DNA of 63,855 nt, counting the filler, from Guillardia theta CCMP2712 (Eukaryota > Protista > Cryptophyta), in assembly GCF_000315625.1 (NCBI RefSeq). It is 3 parts of 3 records of this genome, joined end to end, with 100 filler letters (N's around TTAATTAATTAA, not from the genome) between each part and the next. Parts side by side here need not be neighbours in the genome. Positions count along the whole stretch, not along the records: positions 28,901 to 59,437 come from NW_005434463.1; positions 59,538 to 63,855 come from NW_005434113.1; 1 more part is not named here. One strand, given 5' to 3'. Positions 51,701 through 63,855 of this stretch are shown here, piece after piece (position 1 is the first letter of the stretch; each line of letters opens with the position of its first letter). Below the pieces are notes generated by a model. It saw only the letters and a program-made list of their open reading frames with translations. It did not search any database and was not told where the DNA came from. A program made the position numbers and the translations under genes.

Positions 51701-51910
51701 AGTGCAGCGCCACGTCCTTGCTGCTGGCCTGCAGCTCCTGTCACCCAGCGCCTCCTCTCTTTCCCTGGTCCTCACCTGCCCCTTCTCGCCTGTGCATAGA
51801 GCTCGAAAGTTCTCACAGGTCTTGGGACAATCCTCGCTCCAGAGCTCGAACACGATCCGCCCGGCGTCCTCCCCTCCTATGGACATGTCGAAGAACGTTC
51901 TCTTGGGCAT
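48758..51910 (-). CDS. PPID: Cyclophilin-40-type peptidyl-prolyl isomerase with TPR tail, multi-exon, partly in a gap
   Basis: [62 protein letters not shown] and [10 protein letters not shown]; TPR start [10 protein letters not shown]; C-terminus ELAKKMFG*. Confidence 0.85.
50128..50310. repeat. 40-bp intronic tandem repeat, 4 perfect copies plus a partial copy
   Basis: GAGACCCTCCCACAGCAGTAGAGTGAGCACAAACAATCAG at 50151, 50191, 50231 and 50271. Confidence 0.9.
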
Positions 51911-53359
51911 CTTTCTGCCACAGATGCTCAGCTTCCCTTGCTTCATTCACGCTCGCCACCAGTCACTTATGGTGAGCAGACAGCTGCTTTTCACGTGATC
52001 TAATCATCATGTTTCTGCTCCTTCTTCCTGTCAACTGCCCTCCTCGTTTCCCGTGTCTCCAACTTTCGCTTCTACATCTCTCCTCTCCTCTCCAGGATCG
52101 ATTCATCTCCTTTCCGTCTCCTTCAAACCTTCGCAACTGCGACTCATACTTGCTCTTCCTTCCCCTTTCCCTTCCTTCCAAACCTCCTCCTCCTCCTCCT
52201 CCTCCTCCTCCTCTTTCCCTGCCACCCCTCGCTCCCCCATGCCTTATTACTGACTGTATTGACTAAAACCTAACCACCTACCCCTCATCCAGGGAGTCTA
52301 TACCCTCCGTACCGGTGGTTTTCACATCTAGCACCCTACCCACTCCCACCCAAACCTTTCACTTCGATGAGTACCCCTGCTCCTGTCAACACTCCACCCC
52401 CTACCTTCTAGTTCAACGTCTACTACCCCACCCTATCCCGCTCTCCTCGTGGAACTTCTAGTTCAACCAAGGTAACTAAACTTTTACCTCGCATGTATCC
52501 TCAAGGATACTGTCAGAGTATCCTCAGGGATACCTCCCCTCAGTCACCGGGCCCGAAACTCACGGCCGGGATCCAAGCCGGCCTCGGAGTCAGTGAGTCA
52601 TCACTAGGATTGAATGGGTGGGTAGTCAAATTATCGGGAGTAGGTAGGGTACTGCCTGGTTTAGGAACATATTGGGTACTTGAAGGCATAATAAGGGGTG
52701 AAGTGAAAATTCAGGATTGGAAGGGTGGGTGATCATGAGAATTCATGGGTGGGTGGGGTAGTATGGCTGAAGGGCAATCATGGCGGGATGTGAGGTGAAG
52801 GAGGAAGCGAAGGAAGGGAAGGGAGAAGAGACAGCAGAAGTCAGATGCGCAGAAGATGAGGACATGAAGAGACGAAGAGGAGAGAGAAGATGAGAGAGGA
52901 GAGGAGACAAGGAGAGAGGAAACGAGAAGAGAGGAAACGAGAGAGGAGAGGAGAGGAGAGGAGAGGAGAGGAGAGGAGAGGAGAGGAGAGGAGAGGAGAG
53001 GAGAGGAGAGGAGAGGAGAGGAGAGGAGAGGAGAGGAGAGGAGAGGAGAGGAGAGGAGAGGAGAGGAGAGAGGAGGTACTATACATGCCTAAAGAGCGGA
53101 GATAGGGGGTCGAGAAACAAACGATATGAGACGAGGCGGAGGGAAGCGATCGAACGAGGACATGGGATCATAAGAGCATGGGATGTATAAGCTCATATTG
53201 CTGCTGTCATTAACCCGAACAGCGGGCATGTCCCACCTGTCTGTCAGATACCTGAGGTGTGATGCTGGTTTTGATCTGACCAGACTCCTCGCAGAAGAGA
53301 AGCCGAGACGTGTTGATCATCACATACCCGAAGCTTGTAGCATGAAGACTTGATCAGCC

Positions 53360-55732
53360 ATGAAGATTGCTTGCGATGTTTACATAGAACCCATCGCTCC
53401 CAAGAGCCCGGCGAGTCAGGACCACAAGCCGCTGGTCCTGACAGCCACCCACGTCTCGGTTGATCGCAACGACTCGCGGGACATCTGCGTCTTCATCGAG
53501 ACGGACGGGGGGGGAGGGAGGAGCCTCGCGTGTAAGGTGGAGGATCTGAGCGACCTGGACTCCAAGAAGCTGCCGGAGGGATGCCTGGGCCTGCGCTTCT
53601 CCTCCCCTCCCGTGCAGGTCATGCTCTTCAACGCGCGCGCCATCCTGCTGCAGGACTTGCTCAGGCTCCTGAAGAAGCTGACCGAGAAGCGCCGGGTGGG
53701 GTCCAGCCTCAGGTTTCGCTTCACCCCCCTCGAGGTCCTCCAAGCTGATCGCGACAAGACCGGCATAGCGGGGGAGCCGCGCGGTGCCGCGAGGCTGATG
53801 CAGGGCAGAGACGCCTCGCAGAGCTCGCGGCCGGAGATGACTCTGTCCTCGGAGCACAGCATGCATGAGCCACCGTACCTGGAGGACCTGAGCCGCTACG
53901 AGAAGACGGAGCCGTTCAAGGTTCACCTGGAGGTATGAGGCGAGCGCTGCGAGCTTGAGCTGACTGCGATGGGACAGCATGAGATCGAAGGGCTGCGGCA
54001 GGCCATGGAGGACGACCTGAGAGGTCGGTCGCAGCTGCAGGAGAAGATTTCGCGTCTGGAGCGAGAGAACCTGTACTTGACTAACCAGCTCAAGATGGAG
54101 CAGAGCTTGCAGTCAGAGCTGAAGCAAACAGCGTCAGGTGCGCAGGCGAAGGTGAAGGAGGTGGAGCAGAAGCTGAAGGAGAAGATGAGCGAACTGCAGC
54201 TGAGGACGGAGGAGCTCATGGAGGCGCGCAGCGGGCACGAGCAGATGATCGACACGGAGATGAAGCGACTTGCTCTCGTGGACTCGCGGCTGAACCAGTC
54301 GGGCCGGCGGCTGAAGGCGCTGAAGAAGCAGCTGGGGATGCTGCTGCTGCTGCGACGACAAGAGCGGATGGCGGAGCGAGCGATCAGGTCGCTCAAGGTC
54401 CGCGCGCTGCTCAAGAGGGGGAGGCGGAGGCTGCTGCGAGTGGTTCACGAGAGGTCTGTTCGGGTCCTGCTGGGGAAGCCGCTGGTGTGCTGGCAGATGA
54501 GAGCTCAACGCATGGCGACCCTCCGCGTCTTCCTCCCGGCAGCGGCGGAGCGACGGAGGCGGAAGCTGATGACGTCATGCCTGTCGGGGTGGAAGCGAGG
54601 CTGCTGGAGCCTTCGCGGGCTGAGGGTGGAGGAGGAGGTGAGGGCAGCAAGGAGCATGTTCGAGCAGCAGGAGAAGGAGCTCAAGTCGCAGCTCAAGGAC
54701 GCGAGGGAGATGATCGACGACCTGCGGGAGGAGCTGGCCCGGAAGGACTCGCTGACGTACAAGCAGGCGTGCGCGTCGGAGCAGGAGATCCTCTCGCTGC
54801 AGGAGTCGCTGAGGAGGCAGCAGGACGAGTCGGCCAGGCTGCACACGGACAACGAGGAGAAGGCGAAGCAGCTGAGAATAGCTGAGAACGCGGAGAAGAC
54901 CGGGAGGGTGGTGCTGGAGGAGAAGGAAGAGGAGCTGGTGAAGCTGCGAGAGCGAGTGAGGGCTGCTGAGGAAGCCTATGACAGAGTTCGTGCGAAGCTG
55001 CAGGAGGAGCTCAATGACAAGAGGGACCTGGAAGACGTCTTGTCTCGCAGGGACCTCATGGCCGGCGATCGCCACCAGCACGTCCAGCACCTCGAGGGCA
55101 CCGTCGCGGACCTGGAGCAGCAGTGCCAACGGCTGCTCCAGCAGGTGCAGGCAGAGGAGGCGGCGCGGTACAAGGCAGAGGAGATGCGAATGAGGATGCA
55201 GGAAAGACTGGAGGCGTTTGAGCAGGGGGAGAGCTTCTCTCACGACAGCCTGCGCGTGCAGCATGCCGACACTCAGAACGCGCTGGAACGAGAGCGAGCG
55301 AGGAGCGAAGAGCTGGAGGACGCTCTGAGCAAGCTGGTGGAGGCGTTCAAGGAAGGGAAGCGGCAGGAGAGGATGAAGTTGATCCAGGCAGGGCAGTACG
55401 TCCGGCTCCTCTCCTCCTTCTTCTCCTGGCGAAGATGCGCAGACCAGCAGACGATCATCAGTCTCTCGGCCCCCAGCGGCTTCGGGGAGGCGCGTCAAAC
55501 CCCCGACCTGTCGCAGGAGCTGCTGGACCTCAAGCACAGGAACGCGTCTCTGCAAGCTATGCTTGCCGAGGCTAAGGCGGGAGGGGAGGAGGAGAGGAGG
55601 AGGAGGGAGGAGCTGGAGCGGCAGGTTATGTCGCTCAAAGAGACATACCTGCAGGGCGTGAAGGCGAGCGTGCAATCTATCCGCTTGTGTCGCGATCGCT
55701 ACCTGCCTGCCAACGGCCAGTCGAAGCAGTGA
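53360..55732 (+). CDS. Large coiled-coil protein with a globular N-terminal region, at least 2 exons
   Basis: Two long ORFs joined by a ~45-nt intron (~53933-53977); E/Q/K/R/L-rich heptad composition. Confidence 0.65.
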
Positions 55733-55778
55733 GGGATGAGGGCGAGGGCGAGGGAGGAGGGGGGGGATTGGTGGAGTT

Positions 55779-57396
55779 TTATCCTACATAAAGGAGTAGC
55801 TTTGCAGCCAGCAGGCCCGTCAGGAGGAGGAGCGTGAAGTCCCTCGCAGCCCTCGGGGCCTCGTTGACGCAGCTCGAGCAGACGCTCACGCAGTCTCTGT
55901 TGACGGCGCTGCTGTCCTGTCCTGAGTTCCCCCACGCTTTAGACTTCCCTCCCCAGCAGACGACCTGCTGGTCGTAGAGGCTGATGGCGCAGGAGTGCTG
56001 CCAGCCCACAGAGACAGAGGTGACGAACTCGCGAGCCTGCGGTGGTACTGCGAGCTGCTCGTTGAAGTTTGACCCCCAGCACACCGCCACCGCCCCCGTG
56101 TCCTTGGAGCCTGCAAAGGATCAGCAGGCGAGCAGCTGGGAAAGGCCGCGGGCCCTTACCCTGAGTGGCGAGCAAGGTGCGGCCCGAGGGCAGGAAGATG
56201 GCGCACGTGTGGGAGGCGCCGCAAGCGACGTCGATGAAGCTTCCTCCTTGAGCGAGCAAAGACTGCGAAGGGTTGGAAGCGTTGCTGACCGTGACAAGGT
56301 CCTTCTGACTCATCGCCTGCCTGTACTGGTTGTTGCCCCAGCATAGCATCTCCCCTCCTGTTGTGATGCCGCAGCTGCCAACATGTGAGGCCAAGACATG
56401 AGGGAGGGGGAGGAGGAGGAGGAGGAGGAGGAGAGAACACCTGTGGTACGCTCCCGCAGACACTTTCTTGAACTTGAGGCCCTCGGGAGCTCGCGACTGA
56501 CCGTATTCGTCGGATCCCCAGCAGACGATGCGATGCAGGGCCGTGAGCGCGCAGGTGTGGAACATGCCGGCTGAGACTTGAAGCCACACCAGAGGAGGAG
56601 AACCGTCCGGGCAGACCAGCCTCGAGCTGCCGTCCAGCTGCTCCACAGCTGGGGTGACGGTGAGGTTGGGAGGGCACGAGGGCACGAGGCTCTGGTTGTG
56701 CGAGTTTGACCCGTAGCAGCGCAGAAAGCCGGAGTTGCAGTTGGTGCAGCCGGCGGAGCCGTAGAGCACGCACGTGTGATGGCAGCCCGCGCTGATGGCG
56801 AGGGGAAGGCACATGAACTGACCGTCCAGGCGGAAGCGAAGGCCCGTGAGAGAGGTCGAGGAGACGTTGGTGGGGGTGTAGGACTGGATCAAGCCGGGGG
56901 AGTCAGAGAGGATGCAGTCGAAGAAGCAGAGGGGCGGGTAGACGTCGCTTCCTGTGGGGGTCTTGACGACGCAGTAGCGGTAGTTCTTGCTAAGAGGATC
57001 GCTGTCGAACTCTCCAAGCTTGCAGTACACGCATGCCTTGCTTTTCACCGGCTTGGGCAGGTCCAGCTGCCCGTATACGTTCGACCCCCAGCACTTGGCC
57101 GTCTCCTCCTTGTTGGCGGCGCAAGAGTGACGGGCCCCTGCTGCCACCAGCACCACGTCGCTCAAGCCCGCAGGGGTCAGGCACTGCCCGAACTCCTGCC
57201 AACCCCAGCACGCGATGGGTCGCTGCCCTGAAGTAGGAGCAGTGGAGTTGGAGGAGGTGGCGCAGGTGTGGAAGTAGCCGGCAGCAAGGAGCGAGCTAGT
57301 GGGCTGCTGGTCGGAGGAGCAGTAGTTGGTCTTGTACAGGAGAGGACAAGAGAGCGGGAGCGACCCAAGAAGCAGGAGGAACCGAAGAGTCTTCAT
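55779..57396 (-). CDS. Secreted or surface Cys-rich RCC1-like repeat protein with hydrophobic C-terminus, multi-exon
   Basis: Signal peptide MKTLRFLLLLGSLPLSCP; repeated AGxxHTCA...CWGxN; terminal LLLLTGLLAAKLLLYVG. Confidence 0.75.
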
Positions 57397-58837
57397 CCTG
57401 CTGCTAGAGCCGTCAAGTAGCTCCTAGCTGCTCACTTTCTCCTCTCCGAGCTTGCATTTGCCTTCAACTCTAATGTCAGACGCCGCTGTGTCCAAACCGA
57501 TCCTCCTCTCCTCACCCCTCCCCTCCCCTCCCCTCCTGTTCCCTCTCCACTTGTTATTTCTTCCCGTCATGATCAGCGACCTCTGATGAATATTGCAACT
57601 TGCTCGCACTTGGTTCTTTCATCCGATCATAGTTCACATTATCTCCTACACCATTTCAACACTCCCCTTCCTCCGCACTCCTCCAGCTCCTTCCCAATGC
57701 TGGCGTTCATCAATCTCTCCCCTCCCCTCCCCTNNNNNNNNNNNNNNNNNNNNNNNNNNNNNNNNNNNNNNNNNNNNNNNNNNNNNNNNNNNNNNNNNNN
57801 NNNNNNNNNNNNNNNNNNNNNNNNNNNNNNNNNCCCTCCCCTCCTCCCCTCCCCTTCCCCTCCCCTTCCCTGTTCTCTTCTCTTCTCTCTCTTCTCTTCT
57901 CTTCTCTCCTCATCTGCCCTCCCCTCTCCTCTCCTCTCCTCTCCTCTCCTCTCCTTTTCTCTCCTCTCCTCTCCTCTCCTCTCCTCTCCTCGCCTCCCCT
58001 CCCCTCACCTCGCCTCGCCTCCCCTCCCCTCCCCTCTCCTCTCCTCTCCTCTCCTATCCTCTCCTCTCCTCTCCTCTCCTCTCCTCTCTTCTCCTCTTCC
58101 CTTTCCAACGCCATGACCCTAACGAAAGCGACAGGAAAGTGTTTTTATCGTTGACCCCCACCCCTCCTTGCCCTTTTACTACCCCCACCTGTGACTCTAA
58201 CCACCACCTGGCCCTACCACCCCAATCATGATCCATATAATGGTGGGTAGTGCTGGGTGCACCTTCTCCTTACCCCTTTGAGGAAGCGATATGGGGAGGG
58301 TGGGGTATAAACACGGGTGGTATAACGGTGATGAGGAGGGGTGGTCAAGGTAGACCAGATGCGAATTGGTTTTGGCGATGACGCGGCTAGCGGGAGGAGC
58401 AGCACAAGGAGAAGGAGCACAAGGAGCGCGATGAGTCAGACCAGCTGGAGCAGGATCAAGAAGAGGAAGAGTAGGCGCAGGAGGAGCAGGAGGAGCATCA
58501 AGAGCAGGAGGAGCAGGAGCAGTAGGAGCAAGAGCAGAAGCAGAAGCAGAAGAAAGAATGGGATCAGGATGTTGGCTAAAGCCTCTTGTATTTCACTTCA
58601 GGTTTCTCGGCTCTCATGTCGCGTGGACCTCCTGGCTCAGTCCCTCGAGCGGGAAATCGCCCGACCCATCCTGGCGTGGTGAAAATCTCATACCCTCCCA
58701 TGCTCCTACGCCCTCGCCTGCCCTACCGCTTCTTTCACCTGCCGCTACTCTAACCATGTCGTAGCTTCTCTTTCCCCCCTCCTTCCCTCCTTGTTTCTTC
58801 TGCCTGACATTCTTGTGAACGGCAGGTGTTCGCCTCC

Positions 58838-59411
58838 ATGGGATGCTGCCAACCCCGCGAGAAGATGGACGAAAAGGTATCTGATCCCCTGCCTTCTTGT
58901 TTCGATTACATCCCCTCCCACTCCACCATTCTCCTCTCCCCCTGGCCTCCCCCCCCTCCTCTTCCTACTCAAACCCAGTGACACTCCCCTCCCCTCCCCT
59001 ATCCTCCCCTCCCCTCCCCTCCCCTCTCCTCCCCCTCCCCTCTCCTCCTCTCCTCTCCTCTGTCCTCCTCCTTGACTTCTCGCAGGTTGCTAAAGCCATG
59101 TATGGAGACATGGCAGGAGAGCTTGCGGCTCCGAGGAAGAAGAAGGAGGCATATTGCTCGTGAGTGCGAGAGTGGGCAAGGATTAGGGGAAGGGAAGAGA
59201 GAGCAAGGGAAGGGGAGGAGGAGGGCGGGGGATGGGAGGAGGAAGAAAAGGAGGAGGAGGGGAGGACGAGAGGACGAGAGGACGGGATGCTGAGAGAAGG
59301 CGGCAGGTGGTGCTATGAGTTTACGGTTCACTTCTTCATCAAAGAGAGCGACATCTGGCTGTGCGACACATGCAAGGGGAGGACAATCGAGAGCAAGAAG
59401 ACAAGCGAGTG
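58838..59411 (+). CDS. 5' part of a protein with an MGCC acylation motif and a CxxC..CxxC putative zinc ribbon; truncated by the scaffold end
   Basis: Spliced MGCCQPREKMDEK|VAKAMYG...EAYCS|WCYEFTVHFFIKESDIWLCDTCKGRT. Confidence 0.5.
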
Positions 59412-59481
59412 GTAACGCTAAAACCCTCCCTCCCTCCNNNNNNNNNNNNNNNNNNNNNNNNNNNNNNNNNNNNNNNNNNNN

Positions 59482-59493
59482 TTAATTAATTAA
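59482..59493. other. Artificial scaffold-joining linker TTAATTAATTAA
   Basis: Same as 28845-28856. Confidence 0.85.
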
Positions 59494-59537
59494 NNNNNNN
59501 NNNNNNNNNNNNNNNNNNNNNNNNNNNNNNNNNNNNN

Positions 59538-59633
59538 GTGTCGAGTCCCGTGGACCTGACGGACATGACCATGACGATCTACCATGCCTCCAAGCGGTTC
59601 CCCACCTCTCCGATCTTCGCTGCTGGGTTCTCG
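59538..59633 (+). CDS. Fragment of an alpha/beta-hydrolase (ABHD/YheT-like nucleophile elbow region)
   Basis: DMTMTIYHASKRFPTSPIFAAGFS resembles the stretch leading into the GFSxG motif; isolated between gaps. Confidence 0.4.
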
Positions 59634-60634
59634 NNNNNNNNNNNNNNNNNNNNNNNNNNNNNNNNNNNNNNNNNNNNNNNNNNNNNNNNNNNNNNNNNNN
59701 NNNNNNNNNNNNNNNNNNNNNNNNNNNNNNNNNNNNNNNNNNNNNNNNNNNNNNNNNNNNNNNNNNNNNNNNNNNNNNNNNNNNNNNNNNNNNNNNNNNN
59801 NNNNNNNNNNNNNNNNNNNNNNNNNNNNNNNNNNNNNNNNNNNNNNNNNNNNNNNNNNNNNNNNNNNNNNNNNNNNNNNNNNNNNNNNNNNNNNNNNNNN
59901 NNNNNNNNNNNNNNNNNNNNNNNNNNNNNNNNNNNNNNNNNNNNNNNNNNNNNNNNNNNNNNNNNNNNNNNNNNNNNNNNNNNNNNNNNNNNNNNNNNNN
60001 NNNNNNNNNNNNNNNNNNNNNNNNNNNNNNNNNNNNNNNNNNNNNNNNNNNNNNNNNNNNNNNNNNNNNNNNNNNNNNNNNNNNNNNNNNNNNNNNNNNN
60101 NNNNNNNNNNNNNNNNNNNNNNNNNNNNNNNNNNNNNNNNNNNNNNNNNNNNNNNNNNNNNNNNNNNNNNNNNNNNNNNNNNNNNNNNNNNNNNNNNNNN
60201 NNNNNNNNNNNNNNNNNNNNNNNNNNNNNNNNNNNNNNNNNNNNNNNNNNNNNNNNNNNNNNNNNNNNNNNNNNNNNNNNNNNNNNNNNNNNNNNNNNNN
60301 NACCATCCAGTACCTTGTTGCTTGTTTGTGCCGGGAGGGGAGGGTGAGGCGGCTGCAGGCAAGGGCTGCTGCGTGAGGAGTACACGTTCTGCGATCGAGC
60401 GGCAGAAGCGTTTTTCCGCTTTGCTTCGAGCACCTCGGATCGAAAGATTTTGTTCTAAACGCAGAGCTTTATGTCTCGTGACTGCAGTCAGCTCCTTCTC
60501 GCCCCTGGATGAGCTGGACCCTTGCGATGAACCTGCTGGAGTCGCCTGCCGCCTCTAGACAACCTCTCTCCTTCTCCGCAAGCTCATCGCAGCGGCCCTC
60601 GCTTTATTACGCCTTTCTTCCGACACGTTCCCCC

Positions 60635-61261
60635 TTACAGCTCGTCCTCGTCGGCCCCTAGCGACATGTACCGCGCCAGCCACGCCTCCTCGATGAGGGG
60701 GCGCTCGCCGCTGCCTCTCCGCGAGTACGGCCAGCGTCCGGCGCCGAGCGCTCTGCAGGCTTTCTTGAGGGCGGAGACCGAGAGGCCCTGAGGAAGAGCT
60801 CAGTCAGGCTTGGAGGGTGATGGACACCTCCAGTGACAGAGACAAAGAGGGAGAGAGGGAGAGGGAGAGGGGGAGACAGGATGGCAGGGGACTGGGGGGT
60901 TTGAAGTGCAGTGAGGAGGAGTCTCTGTACTCACCAGCTCCCTGGCCGCGTCCTGCTGGCTGAGATGCATGAGGGAGCAGATCCGGTCGCGGGTGATGCG
61001 CTGGAAGGAAGGAGCGCGAGGGCAGTTGGGGGTATCAGGGGAGGGGCGGCGGGGATAGACGATGCGAACGGTCTGAATAGGGGGAGGAGCGGGAGAGGGA
61101 TGCAAGGGAGGAGGGGGAGGGGAAGGGGGGTTTGAGGGAAGAAGGGAGGAGGGGGAGGGAGCGGAGGATGAGGAGGGGGTCAGGGAGAAGAGGGAAGCGA
61201 AGGGGCAGAGAGCGGAGGGAAGAAGGGAGGAGGGAGGGAGCGGGAGGGAGCAGTCGCTCAT
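60635..61261 (-). CDS. RWP-RK transcription factor, copy 1, 2 exons
   Basis: ITRDRICSLMHLSQQDAAREL|GLSVSALKKACRALGAGRWPYSR. Confidence 0.85.
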
Positions 61262-61953
61262 GGGCTGAGGGTTCGTCGCTTTCCGGCACCCGACCCTCAA
61301 TACGTACTAACACCTTCGTACGGGAACTTGGCTTCTACCTCAGGGGTCCTCTCAGATCTCCTAGAGGCTCTCCTATGTGATCTGACTCGTACAAGGGCTC
61401 TCATGGGGGAGAGCCACTCAACGCGATAAAACCCTTGTAGCCCGGTCCGTCCGTAATGTTGATAAAAGCAGTTCTCAATCGAACAAGATACCAACAGCTG
61501 CGTATTGGAACGATCAGACACTGCCAGGGGGGTAGGGTAGCAGGTTAGATACGGGATCTAAGCAGGGTATAAAAATGCGTGTTCCCACGGCTCACAGCCC
61601 CTCTCCGATCTCCTAGTGGCTCTCCTATGTATATGTCGGGCTTGAAGGTACTGGGCTTACTTTGATTGAAACCAAAAAGACTCAAGCCTCAGCATCGTCA
61701 CGTGACCGTTTGCCTGTCACAGCACCAGCTCCGGGATACCTACGTAAACCGACGAGAAGAGTTCAGTATGCATCGGTTGGTATCGTACCCACCCTTGAAA
61801 AGATGGCCAAAAGCTAATGTAGTCGAACAACAGCGATTGGCTAGAGGATGCATGAGTTTTAAAGTTATAAAATCGATGGCACGACAACAGGATACCTACG
61901 CTGCTTTATAGGCGAGTGACGTCGGAAGCCGGAAAGCGACGAACCCTCAGCCC

Positions 61954-62632
61954 ATGAGCAACTGCTCCCTCCCGCTCCCTCCCTCCTTTCCCTCCGCTCC
62001 CTGCCCCTTCGCTTCCCTCTTCTTCCTGACCCCCTCCTCATCCTCCGCTCCCTCCCCCTCCTCCCTTCTTCCCTCAAACCCCCCTTCCCCTCCCCCTCCT
62101 CCCTTGAATCCCTCTCCCGCTCCTCCCCCTATTCAGACCGTTCGCATCGTCTATCCCCGCCGCCCCTCCCCTGATACCCCCAACTGCCCTCGCGCTCCTT
62201 CCTTCCAGNNNNNNNNNNNNNNNNNNNNNNNNNNNNNNNNNNNNNNNNNNNNNNNNNNNNNNNNNNNNNNNNNNNNNNNNNNNNNNNNNNNNNNNNNNNN
62301 NNNNNNNNGGATCTGCTCCCTCATGCATCTCAGCCAGCAGGACGCGGCCAGGGAGCTGGTGAGTACAGAGACTCCTCCTCACTGCACCTGCCATCCTGTC
62401 TCCCCCTCTCCCTCTTTGTCTCTGTCTCTGTCACTGGAGGTGTCCATCACCCTCCAAGCCTGACTGAGCTCTTCCTCAGGGCCTCTCGGTCTCCGCCCTC
62501 AAGAAAGCCTGCAGAGCGCTCGGCGCCGGACGCTGGCCGTACTCGAGGAGAGGCAGCGGCGAGCGAGTGGTCATCGAGGAGGCGTGGCTGGCGCGGTACA
62601 TGTCGCTAGGGGCCGACGAGGACGAGCTGTAA
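61954..62632 (+). CDS. RWP-RK transcription factor, copy 2, 2 exons (intron 62359-62479), small N gap inside
   Basis: Reverse-complement near-copy of 60635-61261 with the same RWP-RK motif. Confidence 0.85.
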
Positions 62633-62791
62633 GGACGATCTAACACACAGACGGGGATCTCTCTTGGACCGTGATGCAGATGCGTGTGTGTCGTTTTACC
62701 TTGAGTGAACATAGTCAGCCCTTGATTGAAGTCTGACTTCATCTATCTCTCTTCAACCGAGCCTCGGATCATCAACACTATTGTATCCTAA

Positions 62792-62880
62792 TACGAAGTG
62801 GACCAGATTCTCGACAATCGTCAACGTGGTCGTGGTATTCAATATCTCGTTTGTCATTGGAAAGGCTATCCCAACCCAGC
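62792..62880 (+). mobile_element. Degenerate chromodomain, probable Ty3/gypsy chromovirus relic
   Basis: YEVDQILDNRQRGRGIQYLVCHWKGYP; no RT or integrase ORF is visible nearby. Confidence 0.55.
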
Positions 62881-63855
62881 TTTAATTCACCGATTTGAAC
62901 CTTCTTTATTGCCTCATCAAGCGTCACCTTCCCGCAGCTCTTTTTCCTCTTCCTCTGCAGATCCTTTACTTAAGGTTCTTCTGAGCGAAGTCAACGACAG
63001 GTGCGATCTTCTTGTCGTCACGCAGTGGGAGCGATGTTGTATTCTGGACTCATACCGGGACCCCCTTGGACGTAGCGTAGGGAAATGGGATGACAATGCC
63101 AGACAGCATGGCGCTGATCTGATGGGTACGTGTGCTTAGTAAACAGTGATTCTAAAATCAGTTGAGCTCAAGGTCCTACGCAAGGTTGTGTGTACAAAAA
63201 CCACCATGACTGCCCGTACCAATCAAGAGAGACACCTGTCGGAGGAAAGCTCTGGTAACGAGCAAGAGACAGTGGTCATGATGAATATGAATGGAACGGA
63301 AACTACTGCGAAACGCGACAGAACTGAGTGTGGGCGATGACATGCCAAGCGAGATGCCCTGCGTCAAGTATGCAGGGAGGATGGAGGCAGCTCGCAGCAA
63401 GCAGTTGCAAGATCAAAAGTCTAGGTGCCGACAAGTGAAAAGACAAGATGTTTCTTCTCATCCACCACCCACCAACAGGCGGAGGGTCGGAGGAGAGCCA
63501 GCAGGTCAAAGAGACGACAAGGATGAAGGGTATCCTTCTATGCATCTGTGAGAGTAGACCAGCTGCTGCTCTTCCTTCCTCCACACTAAAGCATGATGCT
63601 CAACCAAGCCCACTCGCTCCTCCTGCACCATCACAACTCAAGGCCCTCCTACACGCTCATCGCTCGCTCGCTGGTTCACTGCCAACCGCTATCGTACAGC
63701 AGAGAAAGGGCGAGCACGCCACAGAGCAGTCCTCGCTCCTCACGTCTTGGGGGCCGAGCACGCGCACTTGAACTCCTCGATCTCCTTCTGTTCGCCATGA
63801 GTCAGCGCTGCAGCAGCCACCCCGGCCCATGACAGGTGAGGAGAGGAGACTGAGG

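Overview
Gene-dense, GC-rich eukaryotic nuclear DNA with many short spliceosomal introns. It is probably from a cryptophyte alga of the Guillardia/Hanusia type; this is inferred from the RWP-RK genes, a bipartite plastid presequence, CTGAC branch points and microsatellite-filled introns. Two NNN-TTAATTAATTAA-NNN linkers (28845-28856, 59482-59493) suggest that three separate scaffolds were concatenated. Recognisable genes: a cNMP-binding channel-like C-terminus, an MRS2/CorA Mg transporter, a divergent bHLH-like protein, a GT25 glycosyltransferase, an ATG11/FIP200-like protein, an MLO-like protein fused to 4 EF-hands, a small cyanobacterial-type plastid protein, an ankyrin-HDAC fusion, the 5' end of SF3B6, a secreted Kelch/coiled-coil/RCC1-like protein, WAPL, a PH-START-PH protein, a CyP40-type cyclophilin, a secreted RCC1-like protein, and two RWP-RK genes forming a ~2 kb inverted duplication beside a chromodomain relic. 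Non-coding structure of note: (i) a dispersed AT-rich 33-bp motif that forms a near-perfect hairpin and sits in GC-rich palindromic-word mosaics; (ii) GGGTA/TACCC-dense blocks at divergent promoters; (iii) an intron built almost entirely from a telomere-like, branch-point-rich 20-mer. All exon boundaries and homologies were derived by eye, so they are approximate and untested by database search.
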